Translations under genes and position numbers: made by a program
Assembly (NCBI GenBank): GCA_963822945.1
Contig: CAWGJO010000027.1
Coordinates: 227,728-291,727 of the forward strand
DNA length: 64,000 nt
Direction of reading: 5' to 3'
From: an uncultured Gemmatimonadaceae bacterium
GTDB taxonomy: Bacteria > Gemmatimonadota > Gemmatimonadetes > Gemmatimonadales > Gemmatimonadaceae
Notes under the pieces: model-generated
What the model was told of the DNA's origin: nothing
The model's input: only the letters and a program-made list of their open reading frames with translations
Databases searched by the model: none
Shown here: positions 12,183-22,758 of the stretch, in pieces
Layout of the letters: every line of letters starts with the position of its first letter
Numbering within the stretch: the stretch's first letter is position 1

Positions 12183-13247
12183 CTACCGATCGAGCAGCTC
12201 CCCCACCCGCGCCATCGCCGGCACGTGGTCGCAGACTAGCTTGGCGCACACGGTGAGCGGCACCGCGAGCACGGCCCCCGGCAACCCCCACAGCCAGCCG
12301 AAGAAGATCAGCCCCAGGAAGATCGCCACCGTGTTCACGGGCAGATGGCGCCCCAACACCGTCGGCGTCACGAAGTTCGACTCCGCCAGATGCACGAGCA
12401 GAAACACGGCCGGCGCCATCAGCGCCCGCGCCGGGTTGTCGATGCTCGACAGCGCCGCGAACGCAATGATCGTCGCCGTCGCGATCGGTCCGAGATACGG
12501 CACGAAGTTCAGCACCGCCGCGATCCCACCCCAGAGCAGCGGGTTCGGCACGCCCACCGCCCACAGGGCCAGCGCGGTCAGCGTCCCAACGCCGATGTTG
12601 ATCACGGTGACGGTCAGCAGAAAATGCGACGTCGCCATCTCGATCTGCGCCAGCAGATGCTCGCGCGACTTCAACTGATCGCGCCCCGGCAGCAGCCCCG
12701 CCAGCTTGCGCCGAAACAGGGGCCCGTTGGCCAGCAGAAAATACGTGAGGAACACCACCGCCAGCGAGATCGGAATCAGCGCCAGGGTGTCGAGTGAGGC
12801 CTTCGCGAAGATGCCGGGCGACGCCAACTGCACGGTCTTCGGCGCCTCCGATGTCGACGGCCCGGTGGCCTGCTGCATCCGGTCGGCGGACTGCTGGAGC
12901 GCCGACAGCGGTCTGGCAATGCGCCGTATCCGGGTTTCGAGCTTTCGCATCGTGGCGGGCGCCGAGGCTACCCAGGTGATCGCCGGCGCAACCAGCAACG
13001 ATCCGGCCCCGATGCCCGCCCCCAGCGCGCCGAAGACCACCAGCGCCGCCGCGACCCGGCGGGGAATGTGGAGCCGCTGCAGCCAGCGCATGGGCGCGCT
13101 CAGCATCAGCGTCAGGAGCAACGCGATCACCACCGGCAGCACGAACGCACGCCCCAGACGGAGCGCCGCTACCAGCAGCAGCGTCATGATCGCCACGGTC
13201 GCCGCTGACGACGGCGGCCTGATGTCCGACTCGACGCTCTGGCTCAT
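12183..13247 (-). CDS. AI-2E family transporter
   Basis: Multiple TM helices; LWGGIAAVLNFVPYLGP; WLWGLPGAVLAVPL. Confidence 0.9.
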   Translation of the reverse strand: MSQSVESDIRPPSSAATVAIMTLLLVAALRLGRAFVLPVVIALLLTLMLSAPMRWLQRLHIPRRVAAALVVFGALGAGIGAGSLLVAPAITWVASAPATMRKLETRIRRIARPLSALQQSADRMQQATGPSTSEAPKTVQLASPGIFAKASLDTLALIPISLAVVFLTYFLLANGPLFRRKLAGLLPGRDQLKSREHLLAQIEMATSHFLLTVTVINIGVGTLTALALWAVGVPNPLLWGGIAAVLNFVPYLGPIATATIIAFAALSSIDNPARALMAPAVFLLVHLAESNFVTPTVLGRHLPVNTVAIFLGLIFFGWLWGLPGAVLAVPLTVCAKLVCDHVPAMARVGELLDR

Positions 13248-14653
13248 CGTTCCTTCACCGCCGCCGTCGCGTGCCCCATCGCCTCGGCCCGCAGCACCAA
13301 TCCCCGCCGCGTGACGTACACCCCACGCACCGCCACCGAATCGATGCCGGCGGCCAACGTCATCGCGTCGCCGATCTTCCGGTTCAGCCCCTCGAGCAGC
13401 AACTCCCGGCCGCGATCGAGCGCCTGCCCTTCGGGCAGAATCGCCCGGTCGCGCAACAGCAGCCGCAACGCCGGAGACGCCAGCCACGAATACGCGTTGA
13501 TCAGCGGGCTGGCAGTGTGCAGGTCGTAGTCGAGGTCCGGCATCGCGATGCCGTGCCGGGTCTCATCGTGCCGCGGCACGCCGACCAGCACGAGCGTTCC
13601 CTGCGCGTCCCCGTGAAATCCCACCGTCAATCCGAGCCGCCCGCCGGATTCCGCCGACACCAGCACCGAGTCGATGCTCACCGTATGCCCCTGCTCGGTG
13701 ACGACGGCGCCGCGCACCGCGTCGCTCAACACCTGCGACGCGGTGCCGTAGTCCACCACGCCCTCCAGGAGGATGTGGAAGCCGTGGGCCCCCGTGTCCG
13801 CGGCCAGCGGTGGCAGCGGCAGTGCTGCCACCACCGGTTCCGAATCGGCGGTCACGATCCGCGGCCGCGCGTCGAGTCCCACATGCACGATCAACGCATG
13901 ACCGTCGCCGCGGACGTCGCCCACGCGCAGTTGCGTCGGGCCCAACAGCAACCACACGCCGTCGGTCAGGCGGATCGGCCGGTTGAGCGATTCCCACCAT
14001 CCCATCGCCTGGTCCGTCAGGTCGACGTCGCCGATCGTGCTGTCGATCGCCGCCAACCGGTCCATCAGCGCTCCGCGCGCGGCGTCCACGATCCGCTCGG
14101 TAACGTCGTAATGCAGGAACCGCACCTCACACCGGTCGCGGGCTGCCCTCGACGCCGGGCTGGCGCGCACCAGTCGAACGTGCGACACGAGATGCCAATC
14201 GGGCGACAGCGACAGCGGCGTCGCGAGCTCCACCACCAGCCTCGGCGGCCGATCGGTGGACGTGCCGCAGCCGGCGCTCACGGTCGGCGTGAATCCGAAC
14301 TTGAAGAAACCCCGGGCTTCGTACTCGAGCGTGGCGCGCAGGTGGAACTCCGTCCCGCGCCCGAATGCCGTGAACGGGCCGCGCGTCGCGTGGAACGCGT
14401 AGTGTTTGCGGTCGTCGTCGCCCACCTGATGCACGCTGTCCAACGACCCGAACTCCGTGGGGACGGCGCGGTCCACCTTGCCCAGGACCTTCGTGATGTC
14501 GTAGGTGAGCGGCACGTCGAACCGCGAGAGCGGAAGTACCGGTGGCGGCGGTTCGCGCGCGTCGATGTCCGCATCCGACGGCGTGGCCCGGCCCCCGCAG
14601 CCGGCCAGCGTGAAGAACACGGCCAGCGCGGCCGCGCCGAACGCGCGCGTCAC
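13244..14653 (-). CDS. DUF4403-like lipoprotein
   Basis: GTG start overlapping upstream stop, LAGC lipobox, W..LNRPIRL..VWLLLGP motif. Confidence 0.65.
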   Translation of the reverse strand: MTRAFGAAALAVFFTLAGCGGRATPSDADIDAREPPPPVLPLSRFDVPLTYDITKVLGKVDRAVPTEFGSLDSVHQVGDDDRKHYAFHATRGPFTAFGRGTEFHLRATLEYEARGFFKFGFTPTVSAGCGTSTDRPPRLVVELATPLSLSPDWHLVSHVRLVRASPASRAARDRCEVRFLHYDVTERIVDAARGALMDRLAAIDSTIGDVDLTDQAMGWWESLNRPIRLTDGVWLLLGPTQLRVGDVRGDGHALIVHVGLDARPRIVTADSEPVVAALPLPPLAADTGAHGFHILLEGVVDYGTASQVLSDAVRGAVVTEQGHTVSIDSVLVSAESGGRLGLTVGFHGDAQGTLVLVGVPRHDETRHGIAMPDLDYDLHTASPLINAYSWLASPALRLLLRDRAILPEGQALDRGRELLLEGLNRKIGDAMTLAAGIDSVAVRGVYVTRRGLVLRAEAMGHATAAVKER

Positions 14654-16365
14654 CGTGCCGACCAACTCAACAGGTTCGACGGCGCCATGCCCGCCCGCAC
14701 CCGGGCGATATCGGCCGGTTCCCGCCAGAGCAACTGCGTGCGATCGGCCGAGCTGAAACGAAGTTCCCACCGCGCCCCGCCCCGGGCGGGATTGAACGGC
14801 ACCGCGATGTCGAGCCGGTAGGTGCGCTTGCCGCCCGACGGGAACGCGCTCAGCAGCGAGATTCCCGCGGCGGCCCGGACGTTGGTCGTGACGCCGTACG
14901 GGACATCGCCGGCCCACAACTTTCCCGCATCGACGAAACCCGCCACCGCCAGGTCGGCGCGCCGGCTCACCGACGGCAACAGGCGGCGCTCCTCGAGACG
15001 CATCACCGCCCGGCGGCCGCCGGCGAAGGTCGCGTCGGGAAAGCCGCGCACGCCGCCGTCGTGATCGCGGAAGGTGAGTTGGAACGGATACGCGAGACGC
15101 TGGATGCCCGAGAGTTCGACGCTCACGATCTGCGTGTACGGCGTGCCCGGCGTGGCGTACCAGGCCATGTGCGCGTCGCCCACCATGCCTTCCCACCGAT
15201 GGGACGCGCGGTCGATGCGCCCTTCGCCGGTGAACCGCACCAGCATGAACGAGGACGGCTGTCCCAGGCCGGCGTACACGTCCGTGGAGAGAAAGACGTC
15301 GCTCCTGAGCGTCGAAGCGAACACGCTCGGGCCGGCCAGCGCGCCGAATTGCACGCCGACGCCGACGTCCTGCGCTGCCGTGAGCGCGTCGAACCGTTTC
15401 ACGGTCACGAAGCGCAGCGCGCGCACGCCTCCGATCGCCGCCAGTCGGGTCACCCGAAACGCCGGGAAGCGCCCACCGAGCGCCGTGTCGGACGGAACGT
15501 GCACGAGCCCGGAGTCGGAGATGATCACCGGGCCGGGAGCGGTGCGCACGTCCTCGCCGAGGAGCGCCGCCCCCACCACCCCGATCACGCGTCCCCGGCC
15601 CACCCGCGTCACCGCGCCCGCGTCGTACGACGAGCGATGCACCGACAGCGCGAGATCCTCGCCCGCCGGCCGGATCACGGGATAGTAGACGCGCGATTCG
15701 TCGGCGCCGGTGTGAAACGCCGTGCGCTCCAGATCCGTGAGGAACGGATGGGCGAACTCCACCGACCACTCGCCACCCAGTGGATAGCGCTGCGCATTGG
15801 CGACGAGCGTATACGGACGTCCGAACGCCCCGTACTGGGCTACCCGCACACCGAAGCCGGACCGATACGCGAATCCGCGCTCGGCGCTCAGCGCCACGGT
15901 CACGGCGCTGCCCGACACGTTCTCGCTTCCGACCGTCAGGCGCACCGGCGCGATTCCCTTCATGCGCGCGCCGACGATGAGCGGCACCTCGTCCACCGTT
16001 TCCACGACGATGCGCACGCGCCCGGGACCGTCCGGCACGGCGCGGACCACCGCCGACGTCAGATACGGCTGGAGACGCAACAGGCGCTCCGACTCGCTGC
16101 GACTGCGCTCCGTGCACGGCCGCCCGACCGCGAGCTGCAGATACGCGGCGATCACGTGTGGCCGCGTCACGGTGAAGTGCAGCCCTGCTACATCGGCGAG
16201 TCCGCGCCACGACGCGGCCAGGCCGCGCACCGGCGGCGGCGACGACCGGATGTCGATCGCCGAAATCGTCTCGCCGTTGCATGCGCGCCCCGGTGGCGCA
16301 CGTTGCGCCGCGGCCGGGGCGATCGCCGCGAGCATCAGCGCCGCCAGCTCCGGCCCGGTGCGCAC
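14650..16365 (-). CDS. BamA/TamA-like outer-membrane protein with N-terminal POTRA-like region
   Basis: Signal peptide, ESERLLR..PYL, VRGFP..FAGGR, FVDAGKLW, RLDIAVP. Confidence 0.7.
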   Translation of the reverse strand: MRTGPELAALMLAAIAPAAAQRAPPGRACNGETISAIDIRSSPPPVRGLAASWRGLADVAGLHFTVTRPHVIAAYLQLAVGRPCTERSRSESERLLRLQPYLTSAVVRAVPDGPGRVRIVVETVDEVPLIVGARMKGIAPVRLTVGSENVSGSAVTVALSAERGFAYRSGFGVRVAQYGAFGRPYTLVANAQRYPLGGEWSVEFAHPFLTDLERTAFHTGADESRVYYPVIRPAGEDLALSVHRSSYDAGAVTRVGRGRVIGVVGAALLGEDVRTAPGPVIISDSGLVHVPSDTALGGRFPAFRVTRLAAIGGVRALRFVTVKRFDALTAAQDVGVGVQFGALAGPSVFASTLRSDVFLSTDVYAGLGQPSSFMLVRFTGEGRIDRASHRWEGMVGDAHMAWYATPGTPYTQIVSVELSGIQRLAYPFQLTFRDHDGGVRGFPDATFAGGRRAVMRLEERRLLPSVSRRADLAVAGFVDAGKLWAGDVPYGVTTNVRAAAGISLLSAFPSGGKRTYRLDIAVPFNPARGGARWELRFSSADRTQLLWREPADIARVRAGMAPSNLLSWSAR

Positions 16366-16586
16366 TACCCCTTCTTGGCGGGGATCAGCAGCAACACCCC
16401 ACCCACCAGAACCGCTCCGAGGCCGGCCCAGATCGGAATCGCGACCGTCTGCCGGTCCTTCACGGTCATCGAGAACGGCCCCATCTGCGTCTCGTGCGAA
16501 CTCTTGGTATACGTGAAGCCGCCGTACGCCAGGCCGAGGGCGCCGGCCACGATCAGCACGATGCCCGCCGTCTTGATTGGGTTCAT
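16365..16586 (-). CDS. DUF3185-like small membrane protein
   Basis: GIVLIVAGALGLAYGGFTYT...IPIWAGLGAVLVGGVLL. Confidence 0.75.
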   Translation of the reverse strand: MNPIKTAGIVLIVAGALGLAYGGFTYTKSSHETQMGPFSMTVKDRQTVAIPIWAGLGAVLVGGVLLLIPAKKG

Positions 16587-16608
16587 CCTTGCATCTCCGT
16601 CGATGGGA

Positions 16609-16758
16609 TTACAGCACCTTCCGACCCTGGAGCACCCGCACCACCACCACGATGATCGCGATCACCAGCAGAATGTGGATCAGTCCGCCCATCGTATACG
16701 ATGTTACCATCCCGAGTGCCCAGAGCACGATCAGGATGATCACCACAGTCGTCAGCAT
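16609..16758 (-). CDS. lmo0937-family 49-aa membrane microprotein (copy 2)
   Basis: MLTTVVIILIVLWALGMVTSYTMGGLIHILLVIAIIVVVVRVLQGRKVL*; GGAGGA RBS. Confidence 0.85.
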   Translation of the reverse strand: MLTTVVIILIVLWALGMVTSYTMGGLIHILLVIAIIVVVVRVLQGRKVL

Positions 16759-16792
16759 GTTCGGTTCCTCCGCGCCACAAGGCGTTTCATGG

Positions 16793-16854
16793 AGAGTAGT
16801 TCGCGCCACGAGAGGCGCGTATCGCCAAAACGGGTGACGAAGGAGTAGGCCTTT
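16793..16854 (-). promoter_or_regulatory. Shared upstream motif plus -10-like TACTCT, copy 2
   Basis: CGTATCGCCaaaacGGGTGA..GGAGTAGGCCTTT at 16818-16854. Confidence 0.5.
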
Positions 16855-17090
16855 CGAGCGATACGCTTGGCGGGCCGGCCGGCCGCGGTGTTCTGCCGTT
16901 GCGGTCGGCATGGACCTCGACCGCCCCCCGTGTCGGGGCGCGAGTTGCGATATGCGTCAACCATTTGCCGCTCAACCACCCGATCGCTCTACGTCCTTGG
17001 TGCGATTGATGCGCCGCGGCATCGGACGTAGCCTGATACGAGACCCGGGTATCGTCCCGGCGCCGCTCCTCAATCGTTCAGGGACTGCAC

Positions 17091-17942
17091 ATGCCGATCC
17101 ACTCCGCCTCCATCGGACGCGCCGCGCGCCGGTTGGTGCTTGTCGCCCTGGCCACGATCGCGGCCGCCGCCTGCGCCATCTCCACGCAGCAGGAAGTGCA
17201 GCTGGGCGCCACGTACGCCACGCAGATCGATACCCAGCTCCCGATGATCCGCGACGCCCAGGCCGAGAGCTACCTGACCGCGCTCGGCAATCAGCTCGCC
17301 GCCGTCACCGATACCCGCTCGCTCGACTGGCACTTCGCCATCGTCGACAGCAAGGAAGTCAACGCCTTTGCCGTGCCCGGCGGCTGGGTGTATGTCAACC
17401 GCGGACTCATCGCCCGCGCCGAAACGATGGATCAGCTCGCGGGCGTGTTGGCGCACGAGATCGGACACGTCACCCTCCGCCACACGGTGCAGCAGATGCA
17501 ACAGTCCGATCAGGTGAACGGCGGACTGGTGGCCCTCTGCACGCTCACCAACGTCTGCGACAGCGGCGCCGGCCAGACGGCGATCAGCGTCGGAGGTTCG
17601 GCGCTGTTCGCGAAGTTCAGCCGCCAGGACGAAGCGGAGGCCGACGCCGAGGCCGTGAAGACCACGATCAAGGCCGGCATCGATCCCCACGGCGTTCCCG
17701 CGATGTTCCAGATTCTGCTCGACGAGCGGAAGACCAATCCCACCGCCGTCGATGCGTTCTTCGCCACCCATCCGCTGGAGGAATCTCGGATCACGGCGAC
17801 CAACGCCGAGATCGCGACCTACTCGGCGAGCCAGCTCCGCAACCTGACCGTCGACACCGACGCGTTCCAGCAGTTCAAGCGCCGGCTGGCATCGCTCCCG
17901 CCGTCACCGACGCCCAAAGCCGCCGCCGGCTCGAACGACTGA
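17091..17942 (+). CDS. M48 family metallopeptidase lipoprotein
   Basis: VNAFAVPGG, LAHEIGH, FSRQDEAEAD, FFATHP. Confidence 0.92.
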   Translation: MPIHSASIGRAARRLVLVALATIAAAACAISTQQEVQLGATYATQIDTQLPMIRDAQAESYLTALGNQLAAVTDTRSLDWHFAIVDSKEVNAFAVPGGWVYVNRGLIARAETMDQLAGVLAHEIGHVTLRHTVQQMQQSDQVNGGLVALCTLTNVCDSGAGQTAISVGGSALFAKFSRQDEAEADAEAVKTTIKAGIDPHGVPAMFQILLDERKTNPTAVDAFFATHPLEESRITATNAEIATYSASQLRNLTVDTDAFQQFKRRLASLPPSPTPKAAAGSND

Positions 17943-17999
17943 ACCCACGCCGGGCGGCGGGAGAGGCCGGCGTTCGACTCCGCCAGCAGCCGCACCGCA

Positions 18000-19121
18000 C
18001 TACTTTCGCGCCGCCTTCCTGCCGACGTCGACCACGGGCTTGCCCAGCTTCTTCATCTGAGGACGAACGCCCAGACCGGGCTCCCTCGACGCCGCCAGCC
18101 GTCCCTTCTTCCGCTGCGGCGCGCCGTCCGCGAACGCCACGGTCACGTACGAATTGAAGTCCGTGGACGAGAAGAGGAACCGCTCGGGCGTGCTGTGCGC
18201 CAGATGCGCGATCGCCGCCGTGGTGATGTCGCCGCCCCACGTGTCTTCGATGGTCATCGCAATGCCGAGCGACACGCACAGGTCGCGAATCTGCCGCGCC
18301 CGCGTGAGCCCGCCCACCTTGGAGATCTTGAGATTGATCACGTCCATGGCGTGGTCGGCCACCCCGCGCACCACCATGTCGATGCCATCCACCACTTCGT
18401 CGAGAATGAACGGCCGGTCCGTGTGGCGCCGCACCGCCAAACACTGCTCGTAGGTCATGCAGGGCTGCTCGATATAGACGTCCACGTCGCGCACCGCATC
18501 GGCCACGCGAACGGCGGCGTGCTGCGTCCAGCCCGTGTTGGCGTCGGCCACCAGCACGTCGCCCCGCGAGAGTTCGGCGGCCGCGGCGCGGATGCGATCG
18601 ATGTCGGTGTCGGGATCGCCGCCCACCTTGAGCTGGAACTTGTGATACCCCTCCTTGCGATACCGCCCGATCTTCCTGGCCATCTGCGCCGGCGACTCCT
18701 GTGAAATCGCCCGGTACAGCGCGAAGTCGTCGCCCACGTGGCCACCCATCAGCGTCGCGACCGGCAACCCGCTCGCCTTGCCCAGCAGGTCCCAGCACGC
18801 CATGTCGATCGCCGACTTCACGTACGGGTGGCCGCGCATCGACCGGTCCATCAACTCGTTCAGTTCGCCCAGCGCCAGCGGATCGGCGCCGAGCAGTTGC
18901 GGCGCCAGTTCCGCGATCCCGGCGCGCGCCCCGCGCGCGTAGGCCGGCAGGTACGCGGGCCCCAGGGGACAGATCTCCCCCCACCCCACCAGCCCGTCGT
19001 CGGTCTCCACGGCAACGATCGTGGAGTCGAACACCGACACCGCGTTTCCACCCGACCAGTTGTAGCTCCCCTCGTGCAGGGGAAGATCGATCTGGTACGC
19101 ACGAATCGCCGAGATCTTCAT
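18000..19121 (-). CDS. Enolase-superfamily (mandelate racemase/MLE) enzyme, cis-3-hydroxy-L-proline dehydratase-like
   Basis: [61 protein letters not shown] before ATG 19121; in frame with upstream permease. Confidence 0.85.
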   Translation of the reverse strand: MKISAIRAYQIDLPLHEGSYNWSGGNAVSVFDSTIVAVETDDGLVGWGEICPLGPAYLPAYARGARAGIAELAPQLLGADPLALGELNELMDRSMRGHPYVKSAIDMACWDLLGKASGLPVATLMGGHVGDDFALYRAISQESPAQMARKIGRYRKEGYHKFQLKVGGDPDTDIDRIRAAAAELSRGDVLVADANTGWTQHAAVRVADAVRDVDVYIEQPCMTYEQCLAVRRHTDRPFILDEVVDGIDMVVRGVADHAMDVINLKISKVGGLTRARQIRDLCVSLGIAMTIEDTWGGDITTAAIAHLAHSTPERFLFSSTDFNSYVTVAFADGAPQRKKGRLAASREPGLGVRPQMKKLGKPVVDVGRKAARK

Positions 19122-19925
19122 TCCGCGCTGACTCCTGTCCTTGAGAGACGACATCCAGAGCGTGACGGCCGTGTACAGCAACACCACGACCACCACCCAT
19201 TTCACCACCGTCAGCGGCAGCTCCTTGACCAGAAATGCCGCCACCAGCACGCCGGGAATGCCGCCGGCCGCGAGGCCGAATGCCGTGCGCCGGTGAAACC
19301 GGCCGGAGCGATAGAAGCGGATCGCCGCCGCGGGAAGGATCACCGCCGCCGATGCCGCCATGACCGGGAACACGGCCTTGGCGTTCATGCCGAGCATGTA
19401 GGTGACGGCCATCGTGGGCGCGTAGTTGCCGATGCCCAGGCTGGTGAGCGAACCGATCACCAGACTGGCGATCACCGCGATCACCAGCGCCGAACCCGAA
19501 AGACCGATGGTGCCGGCGTCCAGCGACAGGCTCGCCATCAGGCGCATGGCCATGAATCCCGCGGTGAGCAGGAGCGCGATGGCCATGGCGCGCTCGATGG
19601 TCCGGCGCGACAGGCGCACCACGATCCCCGCTCCCAACCACGCGCCGATTCCGCCCGCGATCACCATGCTGACGATGGTCTTCAGGTCGATCAGGCCACC
19701 GAGCAGGATGATGTAGATGATCGCCTCGGACACGGTGGGGATGGCCTGCCCCACGTTGAGCGTGCCGGGAATTTCATCGTCCCTGACCATGCGTCCGAGC
19801 ACCAGCACCGCCGTCGTGGTGGCGAAGGAGCCGATCCCCAATGTGTCGAAGAAGTCGGTGACGGTGCCCAGCCCCAGCAGGACGGGCATGGGGATGCGGC
19901 GCGGTTCGTTGGCGGGTGCGTCCAT
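19122..19925 (-). CDS. TauE/SafE (TSUP) family membrane protein, no stop before the enolase-superfamily ORF
   Basis: [41 protein letters not shown]; multiple TM helices. Confidence 0.75.
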
Positions 19926-20097
19926 CGACTCTCCGGACTTGGTGGGTACGGCACTGTTGCGTGAGGGATCACGCCGCCGCCAGCCGGCCGTCAATGCGTC
20001 GCGCAGCGCGGGCAGTGGAACTTGCCGCGCGTCGAGCCTCTGTCAAGCAGTGTGCGAGTACCGTCAGGCGGTCCGGGGGCCGGGCGGCGCGCCGGCC

Positions 20098-22452
20098 TCA
20101 GTCGGGAAAACCGACAGGCTTCAGCAGTTCCTGCAGCCGTGGCTCATCCGGCAACACCTTGTAGATCAGCCAGCACCGTGCACCGATCAATGACGGCCCC
20201 CCCGTACGCATCACGGACGTGGTGATGTCGACCGCCCGCGCCGTGTCCCCCAGCGCGGCATAAATGCTGGCCCGCCAGGGGGACGAGACGCCGCGCGCCT
20301 CCAGCCGTGCCATCACCGAGCGCGCTTCAGCCTCACGACCACCCATCGCCAGTGCGAACGCGAGCGCGCCACCAGAGGTGATGGTGTCGGTCAGCTTGAC
20401 CAACTGCTCTGCCGCGCGAACGGCCTCAGCGTGCCTGCCGGCGAGAGAATACTCCTGCGTCATGAAGAGCAGCAGCCAGTTGGTGTCACCCGGCACACCG
20501 GACTCGCCGGTGGCAGCAACGCGCTCATGGAGCCGCCTGGCCTCGGCGACCGCCTCGTCGTGCCGGTCGGCGCAGGAATACGCGTTTGCGATCTGGGACT
20601 TCAGCAAGTCGGAGAGCGGGTCTCGCGCCTCTGCCTTGCGAAATTCAGCGATCGATTCGTCGTACCGGCCGGCGGACTTGAGATAGTACGCATATATCCA
20701 GTGGTGCGAGTTCGGATCGAGCTCCATCGCCCTTCGGATGGACCGCTCCGCGCCCGTCCAGTCCCAGTCGTAGAGCATCTGCACGAAGCCCAGCGAAGCC
20801 CACGCCTGCGCTTCCGTACTGTCCAGGGCAAGCGCACGCAGCGCCGACGCCTTGGACTTGCTGAAATACTCCGACGCCCCCTCGTAGGAACTCGCCAGCC
20901 AGTGGTCGGCGAGCGCCAGCTTGGCGTACGCTCTGGCCCAGGTGGGATCCAGCGTGACCGCTTCCTCCAGCTTCGTGATCGCCAGTCGGAACTGCGCCAG
21001 CCGCTCCGCATCGGGGAGAATCTGGCTGTACGACGCGCGTTCCAGGTGATAGAGCCCTGCGACGTAGGCGTCCTGAGCAGCGGGATCGACGGTCGGGCCG
21101 CTCGTCAGACGGGACCGCACGGCAGGTGTCACGCGCGCGCGCATGGCGTCGGCGACGGCCCGCGCCACCTCGCCCTGCAACGCCAGCGCGCGATTCAGCG
21201 GACCGGTGAACGTCCTGGAGATGAGGTGCTGCTCCGGCTTCGCGCGCACGAGATGCACGCTGATGCGAACGCTGTCGCCGCTCTTGAACACCGCGCCTTC
21301 CACCACGGCCTGAACGCCCAGTTCCTCGGCAACCACGGGCAAAGGTTCATCGCTGTCCTTGTAGCGAAGCACCGACTGGCGGGAATAGACCGTCAGGGCC
21401 TCGATCTGGGCCAGCTCCGCGATCAGTGCGTCATGCATTCCCGCAACGAAGTATTCCTCTTGTGGATCGCCGGTAAGGTTGGCCAGTGGGAGCACGGCAA
21501 CGCTGGAAATCCTGGCCGGCGGATCTGAGCGTCTGTGCCCCCATATCCAGGCCACGGAACCGAGTACGAACAGCAGAGCGGCGACTCCCGTGGCGCGTTT
21601 CCATGACCACGACCGTGCCCGTAGGACCTCGGGTGCGGCTCCCGCGTGCTCCGGGGGGAGCACCGACGGCGTCGATCGGGAATCCTCTCTCGGTCCATCG
21701 CTCGCCGGCCGCTCGATGGCCGGGGCCGGCGCTTCGCCGGAACCACCGCCACGGATCCGTTCGAGCACCGCTCGGACTGCAGGATCCGGGTCGGCACCGA
21801 AATCCGTCTCCAGCAGGATTGCGTGGAGGCGCGCCTGGCGGATCGCGCCGGCGCGATCGCCCATCGAGTCCAGCGTCTCCATCAGCCCGACGGTCGCCCG
21901 GGCATCATGCGGGTCGTCCGCGAGCAGTCGCTGCCAGCATTCCCGGGCCCCGACGAGGTCCGCTGCGGCCCCCTTCTGCGCCGCCAACTCGGCGAGTGCC
22001 CCGCGCCACGCCCGGCGGAGCCGCTCCCGCTCCTGGTCGACCCAGCGCTCGAATTCGGGCGCATCGCTGAGGAAGAAACCATCCAGCAGCGGGCCCGTGT
22101 ACAGCGCGGTCGCGCGTTGCAGGTTTCCACCCGCGAGGGCCTCCTCGAAGGCGAGGACGTCGCAGTCCAGTCGCGACGATTCGAGGTACAGGTCATCGCC
22201 GGCGGAGCGGATCGCACCCTCACCGAGCGCTCTCCGCACTACGTGTACGGCCTGCTTCAGAAGATTGCGGGCGTGATCGGTGTCGCGCTCGGGCCAGAGA
22301 TAGCCGACCAGCTTGTCGCGGCTGAGCGGGCGAGGGTGGGAGACGCACAGGAGGGACACCAGTGCCAACCGGTGGCGCTGGGCCGCCGGGCCACTGAGTA
22401 TCGCGCCGTCGCGCTCGAGCGAGGCGCCGCCGAAGAGCTTGAGGGAAATCAT
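20098..22452 (-). CDS. SARP-like wHTH/BTAD regulator with TM helix, TolB-N-like domain and TPRs
   Basis: LSRDKLVGYLWPE, LYTGPLLDGF...FERW; SVAVLPLANL...EYFVAG; WDWTGAE..RRAMELDP. Confidence 0.85.
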   Translation of the reverse strand: MISLKLFGGASLERDGAILSGPAAQRHRLALVSLLCVSHPRPLSRDKLVGYLWPERDTDHARNLLKQAVHVVRRALGEGAIRSAGDDLYLESSRLDCDVLAFEEALAGGNLQRATALYTGPLLDGFFLSDAPEFERWVDQERERLRRAWRGALAELAAQKGAAADLVGARECWQRLLADDPHDARATVGLMETLDSMGDRAGAIRQARLHAILLETDFGADPDPAVRAVLERIRGGGSGEAPAPAIERPASDGPREDSRSTPSVLPPEHAGAAPEVLRARSWSWKRATGVAALLFVLGSVAWIWGHRRSDPPARISSVAVLPLANLTGDPQEEYFVAGMHDALIAELAQIEALTVYSRQSVLRYKDSDEPLPVVAEELGVQAVVEGAVFKSGDSVRISVHLVRAKPEQHLISRTFTGPLNRALALQGEVARAVADAMRARVTPAVRSRLTSGPTVDPAAQDAYVAGLYHLERASYSQILPDAERLAQFRLAITKLEEAVTLDPTWARAYAKLALADHWLASSYEGASEYFSKSKASALRALALDSTEAQAWASLGFVQMLYDWDWTGAERSIRRAMELDPNSHHWIYAYYLKSAGRYDESIAEFRKAEARDPLSDLLKSQIANAYSCADRHDEAVAEARRLHERVAATGESGVPGDTNWLLLFMTQEYSLAGRHAEAVRAAEQLVKLTDTITSGGALAFALAMGGREAEARSVMARLEARGVSSPWRASIYAALGDTARAVDITTSVMRTGGPSLIGARCWLIYKVLPDEPRLQELLKPVGFPD

Positions 22453-22519
22453 ACCAAGGGCGCCATCCGGGGACCGTTCCGCCGAACCCGCTCGGGCCCG
22501 AGCGACCAGCGACGGAAGA

Positions 22520-22548
22520 TCAACCGAAGAGTCAACCGCCGTTAACCG
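22520..22548 (+). promoter_or_regulatory. Three T(C/T)AACCG heptamer direct repeats, candidate SARP site
   Basis: TCAACCG 22520, TCAACCG 22532, TTAACCG 22542 in the divergent intergenic region. Confidence 0.45.
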
Positions 22549-22758
22549 GCCACTGACTCGTAGTTAACTCATTAGCGCCAATGTATTTCCGGAAATCGGG
22601 AGCAGCAAGCCAGCGGCGCTCCGCGCACCCTCGATACCGACCTCTCCGTCGCGGGAGCGGGATTGGATCGAACCCTCTCCCTCGGGTGTGCGCCGAACCT
22701 GGCAGTCCGACTCTCGGCTCCTGGCTGTCGTGATAAACCTTCCAGAATGGAGTGTCCC

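Noticed and set aside
14654..16282. 1012-aa ORF 13244-16282 as one protein
   Set aside because: The upstream part is an alternative frame overlapping the BamA-like gene; the lipoprotein signal begins at 14653
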